Origin: Pseudomonadota bacterium
Lineage (GTDB): Bacteria > Pseudomonadota > Alphaproteobacteria > SHVP01
Assembly: GCA_027622715.1 (NCBI GenBank)
Contig: JAQBYN010000017.1
Span: 577-64,576 of the forward strand
DNA: 64,000 nt
Direction: 5' to 3'
The translations under genes were made by a program, and so were the position numbers. Below are positions 6,956 through 17,127 of this stretch, piece after piece (positions within the stretch are counted from its first letter, which is position 1; each line of letters starts with the position of its first letter). The notes below the pieces were generated by a model. The model worked only from the letters and a program-made list of their open reading frames with translations, searched no databases and had not been told where the DNA came from.

Positions 6956-7945
6956 CTAGAACAATTCTGCTTCCTTGACGTGGCGGCGTACCGACTGGGC
7001 GAACCAATCAAAGTGGTGTGGGCCGAAGGACATGTGACCGACCACATTGACCCCGTCGGACATCCCACACATGTAGCTGAATTCCTTGGACAGCATGAAG
7101 AGCGGCAGGCACGCACGCTCAAAATCCTCCAGCGGCCGTACCGCTTCGTAGCCCTGCATGTAGGCCTCCGTCGTTTGTGCCGTGATCTTCTTGTTGCCAC
7201 TTTGAATGAAGAAGGAGTTGGCCCAGGCTGGACTCATGCAGTCGTGCATCAAATGCGATTCGCCGCAGGTGTCGAAATCGAGAATCGTGAAGTTGTCGTC
7301 AGGCGTCACGAAGACATTCCGTACGTGCACGTCGCCGTGAATCGGACCGTATGGAACGCCGGCCGCGTAGGCCGCCTCCAATTTTTTCGGCAGCACGTCG
7401 GCAACTTTTTCGTAAAACGCGCGATCGTCGGGCCGCTCGTCGAGGCGCGCCACGAGTGCCGGAAACTTGCGCCTGATCTCGCCTGGAAAATCGATCGGGC
7501 GTGACGTCTTCCCTTTGAAGTCGGCGCCGGCAATATGCATTTGCGCGATGGCGCCGCCAATCCGCCGCGCCAGATCGGGTTTGGGGTCGGCATAGAACTG
7601 ATCGCCGTCCGCCCACTCGAACAGGCAGACGCGCCGGGAGCCCTCAGGCGCATCGATACCGAACGAAAGGTCGCCGTTGGCATCAGGCACCGCCACGATA
7701 ACCGGTATGCCCTTTTTCTCGAGATGGGCGAGATAGTCCAATTCCCAGGTGACGTTGTCTGCGGTGTGCTTGTCGGCGCGCCAAACCCGCGCGGCGAAAC
7801 GGTCCGTGCCGCTCTTCACCACATAGACATCGTTCATCCCGCGGGTAATCAGCTCGCAATGTACGGGCGCTGGGAGGTTCCAGCGCCGGCGAATTTCTTC
7901 GCCCAACGCCGCGTTATCAACCACCGAATGGAGAATTGGAAACAT
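6956..7945 (-). CDS. APH/type II homoserine kinase-like phosphotransferase
   Basis: Brenner motif HGDVHVRN, LDFD, and RGMNDVY. RBS GGGAGG before ATG 7945. Confidence 0.9.
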   Translation of the reverse strand: MFPILHSVVDNAALGEEIRRRWNLPAPVHCELITRGMNDVYVVKSGTDRFAARVWRADKHTADNVTWELDYLAHLEKKGIPVIVAVPDANGDLSFGIDAPEGSRRVCLFEWADGDQFYADPKPDLARRIGGAIAQMHIAGADFKGKTSRPIDFPGEIRRKFPALVARLDERPDDRAFYEKVADVLPKKLEAAYAAGVPYGPIHGDVHVRNVFVTPDDNFTILDFDTCGESHLMHDCMSPAWANSFFIQSGNKKITAQTTEAYMQGYEAVRPLEDFERACLPLFMLSKEFSYMCGMSDGVNVVGHMSFGPHHFDWFAQSVRRHVKEAELF

Positions 7946-7994
7946 GACCCCTCCCTGAGGCACCCAGGCTCATTCTAACGCGCTGTGGCGCGGG

Positions 7995-8336
7995 TTAGGC
8001 GGAAATATCCGCTGGGAAGACGTGAGCGCCGTCCGGACCGAGCGGCAGGTCATGCGCCGCGACAACAGCGGACACGGGCAGCGCGCCGTAGAGGTGCGGG
8101 AAGAGCACGCCACCGCGCGACGGCTCCCACTTCAATGTTTCGCCCAGCGGCACAGGGTCGACGACGAGAAGGACAAGACTGCTTTGACCGGCACGGTGTC
8201 GCGCAACGCTTTCCCGCAATTGTGCGAGGGCGGAGAAGTGAATGAACCCGTCGCGCGTGTCGTCGGGTGAGCCGGTGTAGCGGCCCGCCGTCTTTGCCAG
8301 CGCCCAATCGGCAGCCTTGCACACGTGATAAATCAT
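7995..8336 (-). CDS. DUF952 domain protein
   Basis: Motifs MIYHVC...DW, YTGSPDD.RDGFIHFS and LKWEPSRGG.LFPHLYG.L. Confidence 0.9.
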   Translation of the reverse strand: MIYHVCKAADWALAKTAGRYTGSPDDTRDGFIHFSALAQLRESVARHRAGQSSLVLLVVDPVPLGETLKWEPSRGGVLFPHLYGALPVSAVVAAHDLPLGPDGAHVFPADISA

Positions 8337-8399
8337 CGGACACCTATTTGGCGTTACGCCGCGCTGGATTGCCAGCAAGCGCCGTATCCTAGGTGCCCC

Positions 8400-8735
8400 C
8401 TACCGAGAGTCGATGAACTTTTCCAATTCGTCGAATTGGGACTCCCAGAATTGGCGATACTTTTCAGTCCATTCCCGGACGTCGTCGAGCGAGCCTGCGA
8501 CCGCGCGGTAGTACCGGTGCCGTCCTGCCTTGCGCCTGGTCACCAGGCCATTGTCGCGCAAGATTTTGAGATGCTGCGAGACCGCGCCGACGGTGATCCC
8601 GAGCGGCGCAACGAGGTCTTGAACGGCCATTTCGTTGGCCGCGAGGAGTTCCAGGAGTTTGCGCCGGTTGCCGTCGGCAATGGCATGAAAGACCCGGTCA
8701 GTCCCCTCGGCCTTGCCGATTTGTGCGTTCACCAT
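8400..8735 (-). CDS. ArsR/SmtB family transcriptional regulator
   Basis: VFHAIAD.NRR.LLELL...AVSQHLKILR..GLV..RK.GR.R.Y; C-terminal FWES.FD.L. Confidence 0.92.
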   Translation of the reverse strand: MVNAQIGKAEGTDRVFHAIADGNRRKLLELLAANEMAVQDLVAPLGITVGAVSQHLKILRDNGLVTRRKAGRHRYYRAVAGSLDDVREWTEKYRQFWESQFDELEKFIDSR

Positions 8736-8761
8736 TATATTTTAGCATATACTATAATATA
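8736..8761. promoter_or_regulatory. AT-rich palindromic operator, probable ArsR autoregulatory site
   Basis: TATATTTTAG-CATATA-CTATAATATA: a 10-bp inverted repeat with 1 mismatch, between the divergent arsR and DUF899 genes. Confidence 0.7.
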
Positions 8762-8789
8762 GTTGGATCAAGAACTGAGGGAGGTCCCA

Positions 8790-9503
8790 ATGACCAAACA
8801 AACAATCGTCAGCCCAGAACAATGGGTCTCGGCGCGCAAAGCGCTTTTGGCAAAGGAAAAGGAATTCACCCGAGCCCGCGATGCCCTGAGCGCCGCGCGC
8901 CGGGAATTGCCGTGGGAAAAAGTCGAGGCGGATTACACGTTCGATGGACCCAATGGCAAGCAAACGCTCGCCGACTTGTTCGACGGTCGCAGCCAGCTAA
9001 TCGTCTATCACTTCATGTTTGACCCGTCGTGGGACGAGGGCTGCAAGAGCTGTTCGTTCATGGCCGATCACTTCAATCCGGCGATCGTTCACCTCGCCGA
9101 ACGCGACGTCACGATGGTGGCGGCATCGACCGCGCCATTGGCAAAACTCGAAGCGTTCCGCAAGCGGATGGGCTGGACATTCAAGTGGGTGTCGTCGGGC
9201 GCCAGCGACTTCAATCGCGACTACCACGTGACCTTCACGCAAGAAGACATTGATGCCGGCACCGCCTACTACAACTACAAGAACGGCGGCTTTCCCGTGA
9301 CCGAAGGGCCGGGCTTAAGTGTTTTCTACAAGGACGACGATGGTCAAATATTCCACACGTATTCGGGCTACGCGCGCGGGCTCGATATGTTTCTTACGGC
9401 CTACAACTACCTGGATTTGGTGCCCAAGGGGCGCGATGAGGCCGACCTGCCCTACTCGATGGGCTGGCTCCGTCTTCACGACTCCTACGCCAATGCTGGC
9501 TAA
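8790..9503 (+). CDS. DUF899 family thioredoxin-like protein
   Basis: Motifs W..AR..LL.KEKE.TR.RD, LFDGRSQLIVYHFMF, CKSCS and LDLVPKGRDE...W.R.HD.Y. RBS GGGAGG. Confidence 0.92.
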   Translation: MTKQTIVSPEQWVSARKALLAKEKEFTRARDALSAARRELPWEKVEADYTFDGPNGKQTLADLFDGRSQLIVYHFMFDPSWDEGCKSCSFMADHFNPAIVHLAERDVTMVAASTAPLAKLEAFRKRMGWTFKWVSSGASDFNRDYHVTFTQEDIDAGTAYYNYKNGGFPVTEGPGLSVFYKDDDGQIFHTYSGYARGLDMFLTAYNYLDLVPKGRDEADLPYSMGWLRLHDSYANAG

Positions 9504-9506
9504 CGC

Positions 9507-11342
9507 TTAGGCGTAGAGGGCGGCAATTTCGCGCTCGTAAGCTTCGGTGATCTTGGCGCGGCGAATTTTCATGGTGGCTGTGACCTCGCCGTCATCGTGG
9601 TCGAGCTCTTTGGCCAGGAGGTGGAACTTTTTGATCCGTTCGACATTGGCCAACTGGGCGTTCGCACTGTCGACTTCGCGCTGGACGATCGCGGCTACCT
9701 GCGGATTCTCGACCAGAGACCGAAACGTCGTGTAGGCGACACCTTCGCCATCGGCCCAGTTCGCGATCATGTCGAAGTCAATCTGGATCAGCGCCGTCAC
9801 AAAGCGCCGACCGTCAGCCACGACCACACACTCCTTGATGTAGGGGCTCGCTTTCACCGCATTCTCGATCAGGCTCGGGGTTAGGTTCTTGCCCCCCGCG
9901 GTGATCGCGATATCCTTCTTACGGTCGATGATCGAAACCGATCCGTCGGGGAAAACCTCAGCGATGTCGCCAGTGTGCAACCAGCCATCTTGGAGCGCTT
10001 CGCGGGTCTCTTCGTCGTTGCGGTAGTAGCCCGCAAACACACAACCGCCACGAATAAGAAGTTCGCCGTCGGGCGCGGTTTTCATTTCGATGCCATCAAG
10101 CGGCACCCCGATCCGCCCCTCAAATCTTCGGTCACGGTGCTGAATGGCGCAGGCACCGGCCGTCTCGGTCATGCCGAATCCTTCCATCAACGGCACCCCA
10201 AGACCGCGCAAGAATCTGAGCGTTTCTAACGCAACTGGCGCTGCACCGGATATCGCGATCCTGCACCGCGTGAGCCCAAGCGCATTGCGCAACGGGCGGT
10301 AGGCGAGCCATTCCCACACTGCATGACGCAGGCGATCGCCAAGGCCGTAATTCGTTTTCCACGGGTCGTCAAAGCGGCGTGAATCGCGCAGGGCGGCGCG
10401 GAGCACAAGCCCTTGAATCAATCCCGCGCTGCGCGCCCGGATCAGCACATCGCCCCGCATCTTCTCCCAAATGCGCGGCACACCGAGGAAGATCGTCGGC
10501 GCGATTTCCCGCAAATCCGACTGCACCGTCCGCAAGCTCTCGCCAAAACTCACGACGTAGCCGGCGTGCATCGCGAGAAATACCGAGAACAGCTGCTCGG
10601 CGACATGGCAGAGCGGCAAATATGAGACCGCGGAGTCGCCTCTCGTCTGCCCGATGTTGCGCGCCGAGGCCTCGCCGACAAAAGCAATATTCCGGAACGT
10701 GATCAGCGCCGCCTTGGGCGGCCCGGTTGAGCCCGATGTACAGACGATCAACGCAACGTCATCGGGATCGTGGTCGGCCATCGCCCGGTCCAGGAAACCG
10801 GGATCGCGCTGCGACGCTTTGGCGCCCGCGTCGATCAGGTCGTCATAGGCAATTAGGTCGGCGCGGTCGTATCCAGCGAGACCTTTGCCATCAAAATAGA
10901 TGATGTGGCGTAGCTGCGGCAGTTGGTCGCGAATTTCGAGAACTTTGTCGACCTGCTCCTGATCTTCGCAAATGATCGCTTTAGCTTCGGTCAAGTTCAG
11001 GACGTGCAGGATTTCCGCGGCTGGCGACGTCGCATACACGCCCGCCGCGACAGCACCGGCGAGGTGCATGCCGAGTTCCGCGATGACCCATTCCCGCCGA
11101 TTCTCTGAAAGGATGGCAAGGTGATCGCCGCGTCCGTAACCAAGGCCAATAATACCTTGTGCGAAGTGTGAGGCGGCGCGCTCGTATTGCGACCAGCTCA
11201 TCTCGCTCCAAATGCCGAACCGTTTTTGCCGTAGGGCCGGCGCGTTGGGCCGGGTTCTGGCATGGCGGCGCAGCAGCCGCGGCAACGTCAAGATGTCGGG
11301 CGCGCGTTCGGCAATAATGTCGATTTCTTCGGCAACCGCCAT
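9507..11342 (-). CDS. Long-chain acyl-CoA synthetase (AMP-binding, FadD15-like)
   Basis: Motifs TSGSTGPPK, SYLPLCHVAE, EGFGMTE, GWLHTGD, DRKKD and T.TMKIRR. RBS AGGGAGG before ATG 11342. Confidence 0.93.
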   Translation of the reverse strand: MAVAEEIDIIAERAPDILTLPRLLRRHARTRPNAPALRQKRFGIWSEMSWSQYERAASHFAQGIIGLGYGRGDHLAILSENRREWVIAELGMHLAGAVAAGVYATSPAAEILHVLNLTEAKAIICEDQEQVDKVLEIRDQLPQLRHIIYFDGKGLAGYDRADLIAYDDLIDAGAKASQRDPGFLDRAMADHDPDDVALIVCTSGSTGPPKAALITFRNIAFVGEASARNIGQTRGDSAVSYLPLCHVAEQLFSVFLAMHAGYVVSFGESLRTVQSDLREIAPTIFLGVPRIWEKMRGDVLIRARSAGLIQGLVLRAALRDSRRFDDPWKTNYGLGDRLRHAVWEWLAYRPLRNALGLTRCRIAISGAAPVALETLRFLRGLGVPLMEGFGMTETAGACAIQHRDRRFEGRIGVPLDGIEMKTAPDGELLIRGGCVFAGYYRNDEETREALQDGWLHTGDIAEVFPDGSVSIIDRKKDIAITAGGKNLTPSLIENAVKASPYIKECVVVADGRRFVTALIQIDFDMIANWADGEGVAYTTFRSLVENPQVAAIVQREVDSANAQLANVERIKKFHLLAKELDHDDGEVTATMKIRRAKITEAYEREIAALYA

Positions 11343-11352
11343 CGCCACCTCC

Positions 11353-12144
11353 CTAGCTCAACCAGCGTTTGCGGCGCTTATAGTGTTTGACGTCCCGGAA
11401 CGACCGCTTCTCGGTGCCGCCCACGCCCAAGTAAAACTCGCGCACATCGTCGTCGTCCCGCAGCTTATCGACGGTGCCTTCGATTACGACCCGACCGTTC
11501 TCAAGGATATAACCATAATGCGCATGGGCAAACGCAACATTGGCGTTCTGCTCGACCAGAAGAATGGTTGCGCCGCGCTCCTCGTTGAGGCGCGAGATGG
11601 TATCGAATATCTCGAGAACGAGTTTGGGTGCGAGGCCAAGTGACGGCTCATCGAGCAAGATGATCTCGGGCTTCCCGATCAAGGCGCGCCCCAAGGCCAA
11701 CATTTGCTGTTCACCGCCAGAAAGATACCCGGCCAACTGCGTGCGCCGTTCTTTAAGGCGGGGAAAAAGATCGTAGATGTCGTCGAAATCGGCGCGCGAG
11801 TCTTTGCGCCCCGTCAGCGCGAAACTCGCGGCAACGAGATTGTCGTGAACCGTGAGGTCCGCGAATACGCGTCGCCCCTCGCGGACGTGGGCCATGCCGC
11901 GTCGCACCAGATTGTGGGGCTCTTGGCGCAGAACCGAGCGCCCGTCGAAGACGATATCGCCGTCGGTGACGTCGCCGTTTTCAAGCGGTAGGAGACCGGA
12001 GACTGCTTTTAGCGCGGTGGTTTTGCCGGCACCGTTGGCGCCCAGCAGGGCAACGACTTTCCCCTTGGGCACGTCAAAGGATAAGCCACGCAGCGCTTGG
12101 ACCACGCGGTGGTAGTAGACCTCGACGTTGCTGACGCTCAGCAA
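11353..12144 (-). CDS. ABC transporter ATP-binding protein, LivF-like
   Basis: Walker A GANGAGKT, LSGGEQQM, LLDEPSLGLAP and VEQN. Confidence 0.95.
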   Translation of the reverse strand: MLSVSNVEVYYHRVVQALRGLSFDVPKGKVVALLGANGAGKTTALKAVSGLLPLENGDVTDGDIVFDGRSVLRQEPHNLVRRGMAHVREGRRVFADLTVHDNLVAASFALTGRKDSRADFDDIYDLFPRLKERRTQLAGYLSGGEQQMLALGRALIGKPEIILLDEPSLGLAPKLVLEIFDTISRLNEERGATILLVEQNANVAFAHAHYGYILENGRVVIEGTVDKLRDDDDVREFYLGVGGTEKRSFRDVKHYKRRKRWLS

Positions 12145-12196
12145 CTAACCCTCCGGCGCAGCGGCGGCGCGTCGTGCGCCGCCGTCCGTCGCTCGG

Positions 12197-13402
12197 TTAC
12201 GTGACGATCCAGTCCGAGACCGGCAGGAAAAGTTTGGTTTCGGCGCTGTACGAATACACGCGCCCCTGCGGCACCGAATGATTCACAACGGTAACCGGTT
12301 GGCCCATGTACCCACCCGAATCCCAATTCTTGATCGCGCCCAACGCGGCAATCAAGTTTTTGGCGTTCACTTCTTTGTCGGCGTTGACCGTTGCCTCTAT
12401 CGCGTTCTTGGCAAGTTCGTGACTGAACATCGGCTGCAATGACCAGGTCACGACGTAACCAGGAAACTTGTCGCCGTACTTTTGTTTCTTGAACGCAAAG
12501 AACTTCGAGTATGACGGCGAATCCTTGGCTTCGTAGAAGTAGCGATACGGCAGCACACCCGCATAGCCGTCCAGGATCGGCCCGGCCTTTGCGGTGACCG
12601 CATCGGCGATGACCTTTTCCATCCCCCAGAACGTGCCGAGGAACTTGGTCTCCATTTTGAAAGCTCGCGCCGTGCCGATGATCTCAGGCCATACGCCGGT
12701 GACATAGCCGTGCATGATAACGAAATCAGGATTCGCGCGGCGTAACTGGGCGACATGCGTTTGGACTTCGGCGCCGGCAGCTTTCGTGATTTCTTCGTGG
12801 ACAACCTTCAGGCCGAGAGCCGCTGCCGCCTTGCGGCCATGCTCAATCGGATCGCGGCCGAACTCGGTATCCGAATAGACGAACGCAACGGTGCTGCCGC
12901 CATTATCCTTCACATGTTTGAGAAGGATATCGAACATCGCTTGGTAGGTTGGACCCGCGATGTACTGGAACGGGTTTGTCGCCGGGTTCGCCAAGTCCGA
13001 AGCAAATGAGGTGCCGCCACACAAGACCGGGGTGCGGTTTAATTCGGGCGCCACAAGTTTCATGAAGCCGGTTGAGTCACCAGAATAGAAGATCGGCTTT
13101 TCATCCGCCGACATCGCCTTTTTGAAGTTGGCGAGCGAGTTGGTCGGCACGTAACCCGAATCCTCGTGAATCAATTCGACCGGGCGCCCGGCGATGCCGC
13201 CGGAGTCATTGGTCATTTCAACCCAGTCGAGCAAGTCCTTAAGCGCCGTCGTGCCTGCTTGGGCAAACGGCCCAGTCAACGGCGACGATCCGGCGAACAC
13301 CCACTTCTTACTTTGCGCCTGCACGATGGCGGGCATGCCCATGATCGAGGTTGCCGCAACCGCCGCGGTCCCTTTGAGCACCGTTCTACGATCGACTTTC
13401 AT
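12197..13402 (-). CDS. ABC transporter substrate-binding protein (Liv/Peripla_BP_6 type) with Tat signal
   Basis: Twin-arginine motif DRRTVLK, PLTGPFA..G, N..GGI.GR and SDTEFGRDPI. Confidence 0.92.
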   Translation of the reverse strand: MKVDRRTVLKGTAAVAATSIMGMPAIVQAQSKKWVFAGSSPLTGPFAQAGTTALKDLLDWVEMTNDSGGIAGRPVELIHEDSGYVPTNSLANFKKAMSADEKPIFYSGDSTGFMKLVAPELNRTPVLCGGTSFASDLANPATNPFQYIAGPTYQAMFDILLKHVKDNGGSTVAFVYSDTEFGRDPIEHGRKAAAALGLKVVHEEITKAAGAEVQTHVAQLRRANPDFVIMHGYVTGVWPEIIGTARAFKMETKFLGTFWGMEKVIADAVTAKAGPILDGYAGVLPYRYFYEAKDSPSYSKFFAFKKQKYGDKFPGYVVTWSLQPMFSHELAKNAIEATVNADKEVNAKNLIAALGAIKNWDSGGYMGQPVTVVNHSVPQGRVYSYSAETKLFLPVSDWIVT

Positions 13403-13436
13403 TGCACTCTCCCTAACGATTTCATTGATGAGCCAG

Positions 13437-14480
13437 CTACGGCGAGAACGGCCATAAATTGATGTAACGCCAAATACGCGTCCAGATCGCGGCCAAGCCC
13501 ATCGGTTCGAAGATCATAAACACAATTATCAGCAGCCCGTACGCGATTGTATTTGCGGGCGCCGTGTATTCCACAATTGTGGGATTAAAAGGCGTCAAAA
13601 AGCCAAAAACCCACTTCAGCATTTCCGGGATCAAGATCACGAAAACCGCGCCAAATACCGGGCCCAACGTGCGGGCAGAGCCACCCACGACCAAGGCCGC
13701 CAAAAAGATGATCGAGAGCTGCAACTCGAACTGGGTGGGTAACAACGCCAGAAAGTTGTAGGCCCATAGCGAACCCGCCAACCCGGCATAGGCCGAGCCT
13801 AAGCCAAATGCGAGCAACTTGTATCGTGTGAGCCCGACGCCGATGATCTCGGCCGAATAATCTGAATCGCGGATCGCAATAAACGCGCGCCCTATTCGTG
13901 TGCGGAACAGGTTTTGCGCAAACAACACGGCCAAAACCGCGATTGGTACGATCAATGCATATTTCTGCGGATCGCTAACAAGGTCGATACCAAAGACCGA
14001 TGCGGGCGCCAGCGTGATGCCGCTGTCGCCATTGGTCACCGAACCCCAATGCTCGATGACGAAAACGATAATGAAACTTGCCGCAAGCGTTGCGATCGTT
14101 AGGTAAAGTCCGCGAATACGCAGCGAGGGCAACCCGAACATCAAGCCAACGCCAGCTGTGACCGCAACGGCCATCGGGATCACCACCCAAAACGGCACCC
14201 CGAGCCAATTGGCCAGAATTGCGGTCGCATAGGCGCCGACCCCGACCAGCGCGCCGTGCCCCAGCGAGATCAACCCGGTGTACCCGGTGAGGATGTTGAG
14301 CCCTGTAATGGCCACAGTGTAGATCGCGACTTGGGTCGCGAGAAACACGATGAAGCTGTTGGCGGCAAACGGCAGCAGCACCAGACCCGCCACCATCGCG
14401 GCAAAACCGTAACGCACCGGCCAGCTGCGAAAGATCGCTTCGTCGGCGGCGTAGGTCGCCTTGTAATCGCCAATAAGCAT
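13437..14480 (-). CDS. ABC transporter permease, LivM-like
   Basis: Motifs GLNILTGYTGLISLGH, SLRIRGLYL.IATLA and GRAFIAIRD. Confidence 0.93.
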   Translation of the reverse strand: MLIGDYKATYAADEAIFRSWPVRYGFAAMVAGLVLLPFAANSFIVFLATQVAIYTVAITGLNILTGYTGLISLGHGALVGVGAYATAILANWLGVPFWVVIPMAVAVTAGVGLMFGLPSLRIRGLYLTIATLAASFIIVFVIEHWGSVTNGDSGITLAPASVFGIDLVSDPQKYALIVPIAVLAVLFAQNLFRTRIGRAFIAIRDSDYSAEIIGVGLTRYKLLAFGLGSAYAGLAGSLWAYNFLALLPTQFELQLSIIFLAALVVGGSARTLGPVFGAVFVILIPEMLKWVFGFLTPFNPTIVEYTAPANTIAYGLLIIVFMIFEPMGLAAIWTRIWRYINLWPFSP

Positions 14481-14483
14481 ACG

Positions 14484-15383
14484 CTAGACCCGTTCCACGT
14501 CGCGCGTGCCCAACAACCCGTAAGGCCGAATGAGAATAATCAGGAGCACGACGGCGTATGGGACGACTTCTTTGAAATCGCCACCAAGAAAATGATTCGC
14601 CATGGCCTCGAGCCAACCAACGATGAACGCTGCCAGCAACACGCCGATCACAGAATCAAGGCCACCCAAAATGACCACCGCAATCACGCTCAATCCAACT
14701 TGGCCAAGGCCGGGCGTTAGGCTGTTCAGCGGCGCCAGCAACACACCGGCCAGCGCACCGGTTCCAGCAGCCACCATCCACGTCACCGAAAACACCCGCG
14801 GCACATTAATTCCCATGGCATAGGCGGTGGATTGATCCGATGCGGTGGCGCGGATCGCGACACCCGCTTTGGATTTCAAGAACAACACCGTGATGGCTGC
14901 AAAAACGATCCCGGCGATAAGAAAACTCGCCAACATTTGCCGGTTGATCGCCATCCCCGCGACGAAATCGATATTGAGACCGACCAAGGCCGGCGGGAAC
15001 TTGGCGTTGGTTGACCAAATGACCGCGGCGCTACCTTCGAGGACCGAGATCAGCCCAATCGTCACCATGATCATCGCAAACGGATTCTGCCCCAGCATGG
15101 GGCGCATCACGATACGCTCGATGGCCGCGCCAAACAGCGCACTTACCAAAAGAGTCAGCGGCACACCGAGGACATAGATCGCCCACGTGCCCAGCCCCAA
15201 GTCACCCAGGACAACGGTGATCGTGTAATAAAAGTAGGCGCCGATCATCATCACGGTGCCATGGGCGAAGTTGAAAACTTTGGTCGCTCGGAACACGAAC
15301 ACGATGCCGACCGCGATGAGCGCGTAAACCCCGCCCGTCATTAGGCCGGTCAAGCTATCCTCGATTACATAAACGATGTTCAT
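14484..15383 (-). CDS. ABC transporter permease, LivH-like
   Basis: Motifs G.VYALIA.G...VF.ATKVFNFAHG, GGLDS..G and RPYGLLG. Start re-assigned to ATG 15383, which overlaps the upstream TGA. Confidence 0.93.
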   Translation of the reverse strand: MNIVYVIEDSLTGLMTGGVYALIAVGIVFVFRATKVFNFAHGTVMMIGAYFYYTITVVLGDLGLGTWAIYVLGVPLTLLVSALFGAAIERIVMRPMLGQNPFAMIMVTIGLISVLEGSAAVIWSTNAKFPPALVGLNIDFVAGMAINRQMLASFLIAGIVFAAITVLFLKSKAGVAIRATASDQSTAYAMGINVPRVFSVTWMVAAGTGALAGVLLAPLNSLTPGLGQVGLSVIAVVILGGLDSVIGVLLAAFIVGWLEAMANHFLGGDFKEVVPYAVVLLIILIRPYGLLGTRDVERV

Positions 15384-16174
15384 CAGGCCGCGTCCTGCGC
15401 CGCGCCGAGGTAAGCCTCGATGACCGCCGGGTTTTCTTGCATTTCCTGCGGTGGCCCTTCGGCGATCTTCTCCCCGAAATTCAGCACGACGACGTGGTCG
15501 GATATGTCCATCACCATGCTCATGTCGTGCTCGACCAGAAGCACCGTGACCCCCCACTCCTCTTGGAGGTCGAGGATGAAGCGCGCCATGTCTTCGGTCT
15601 CTTCGCGGTTCATGCCCGCGACCGGTTCGTCGAGCAACAGCAGCTTGGGCCGCATCGCTAAGGCGCGCCCGAGCTCAACGCGTTTTTGCAAGCCGTAGGG
15701 CAACATGGAAACCGGCGTCTTGCGAATGTGGTCGATCTCGAGAAAATCGATGATCTCGCGTTCGATCTGCGCCCGAAGTTCGGTCTCCTCGCGCCGCGCA
15801 GGGCCCCAGAACAGCCCGGCGGCCAGAACCCCGGTCTTCAGATGCGTATGCGCGCCGAGTTTGATGTTGTCCAACACCGTCATACCGGGAAACAGGGAGA
15901 TGTTCTGGAACGTGCGCGCCATTCCTAGCGCCGCTCGTTTGTGGGTCGCAAGGTTGGTGAAGTCAGTCCCGTCAAAGATCAAGCGACCGGCGTCGGCCTT
16001 GTGAAATCCCGAGATGACATTGAACAGACTGGTCTTCCCGGCGCCGTTCGGCCCGATGAGCGCCGTGATGCCGCCAGGCTGAACGTCAAGCGACACGCTC
16101 TTAAGCGCCGCCACGCCGCCAAAACTTAATTCGATCCCTTCGGCCCGCAGCAGCGGCGCCGATGCCGTCGTCAC
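15383..16174 (-). CDS. ABC transporter ATP-binding protein, LivG-like
   Basis: Motifs GPNGAGKTS, ARTFQN, LPYGLQKRVE, LDEP.AG, VEHDM and VIEAYLG. Start at GTG 16174 is an estimate. Confidence 0.93.
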   Translation of the reverse strand: MTTASAPLLRAEGIELSFGGVAALKSVSLDVQPGGITALIGPNGAGKTSLFNVISGFHKADAGRLIFDGTDFTNLATHKRAALGMARTFQNISLFPGMTVLDNIKLGAHTHLKTGVLAAGLFWGPARREETELRAQIEREIIDFLEIDHIRKTPVSMLPYGLQKRVELGRALAMRPKLLLLDEPVAGMNREETEDMARFILDLQEEWGVTVLLVEHDMSMVMDISDHVVVLNFGEKIAEGPPQEMQENPAVIEAYLGAAQDAA

Positions 16175-16286
16175 GATCGCTAATACCCCCGACTGCGGCC
16201 TACGAAACAATCGCGGACCTCGGTTACGCCGCGCCATGATAGCCGCAAATCCGCACCGCAACGACCGCTCTCGTCATGCAGGCAAC

Positions 16287-17126
16287 CTACCGAGGCAGCG
16301 GCCAACTCGATGTGCCGATAAAATCGTCGAGCGCGGCGGCGAGTCCCGCCGGTCTATCAAGGGGAATATGGTGGCCTGCCCCCGCCACTGTCGCGATTTG
16401 GGCCTGCGGCAAATACCCCGCGAGGCGCGAAAGGGCGTCGGTGGACGTGATGTCCGAATGCTCACCCCGAACCAACAAAGCCGGGCAGGTCACGTTTAGC
16501 CGTTCAATATCGAAGTCGGCGCGGCTTTCCGCGGTCTCGGTTTGTTCGAAATGGCGATATTCGACCCGTCCATCGTCCAGCGCGCGAAACGAATGAAGCG
16601 CATAGTGGTCTTTCTGGGCGTCGCCCCAACCATCGCTGCGGTCCAACGCGGCGCGCCCCACAGCGAGATCGGCATAGACTCGTTTGCGCGGGGCAAAGTT
16701 GATCGCCGGATCAATCCAGATTCCCGAATCGACGATCGCAATCGCGGCCACCGCCTCTGGGCGCGCGCTTGCCATGGTCAGCGCCATGTAACCGCCGGTC
16801 GCGGTACCGACGACGATCACCCGGTCCACCGACAGGGCCGCGAGGAACGCCCAGACGTCGTCGATCAGCGTTTCAATGCGGTAGCCAGTGGGCGGCGCAT
16901 CGCTGAGACCGTGGCCACGTAGGTCGGGTGCTAGAAACCGGCGGTTGGGCAGCGCGCTGGCATCGACCACGAAATCCCAGACGCGGGCGTTGGACTTGTT
17001 CCCGTGCAACAGCAGAACCGGCGGTCCGGTGCCAGGCCAATCCAAAAAATGCAACGAGAGTTGATCGGCAATCGAACAGCGGTTCTCCACGGCCGGCCGT
17101 CGGAACACTGGCGCGGCGATCATCAA
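16287..17126 (-). CDS. Alpha/beta fold hydrolase-like protein with atypical nucleophile elbow
   Basis: Motifs LLLHG, PDLRGHGLS, GTATGG at the GxSxG position, P.LLVRGE.SD and AGHHIPLDRP. Confidence 0.88.
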   Translation of the reverse strand: MMIAAPVFRRPAVENRCSIADQLSLHFLDWPGTGPPVLLLHGNKSNARVWDFVVDASALPNRRFLAPDLRGHGLSDAPPTGYRIETLIDDVWAFLAALSVDRVIVVGTATGGYMALTMASARPEAVAAIAIVDSGIWIDPAINFAPRKRVYADLAVGRAALDRSDGWGDAQKDHYALHSFRALDDGRVEYRHFEQTETAESRADFDIERLNVTCPALLVRGEHSDITSTDALSRLAGYLPQAQIATVAGAGHHIPLDRPAGLAAALDDFIGTSSWPLPR

Positions 17127-17127
17127 A

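Noticed and set aside
6956-7945. thrB or an aminoglycoside-resistance gene
   Set aside because: Only the generic kinase motifs are shared. Three divergent paralogs and their context do not support either specific call.
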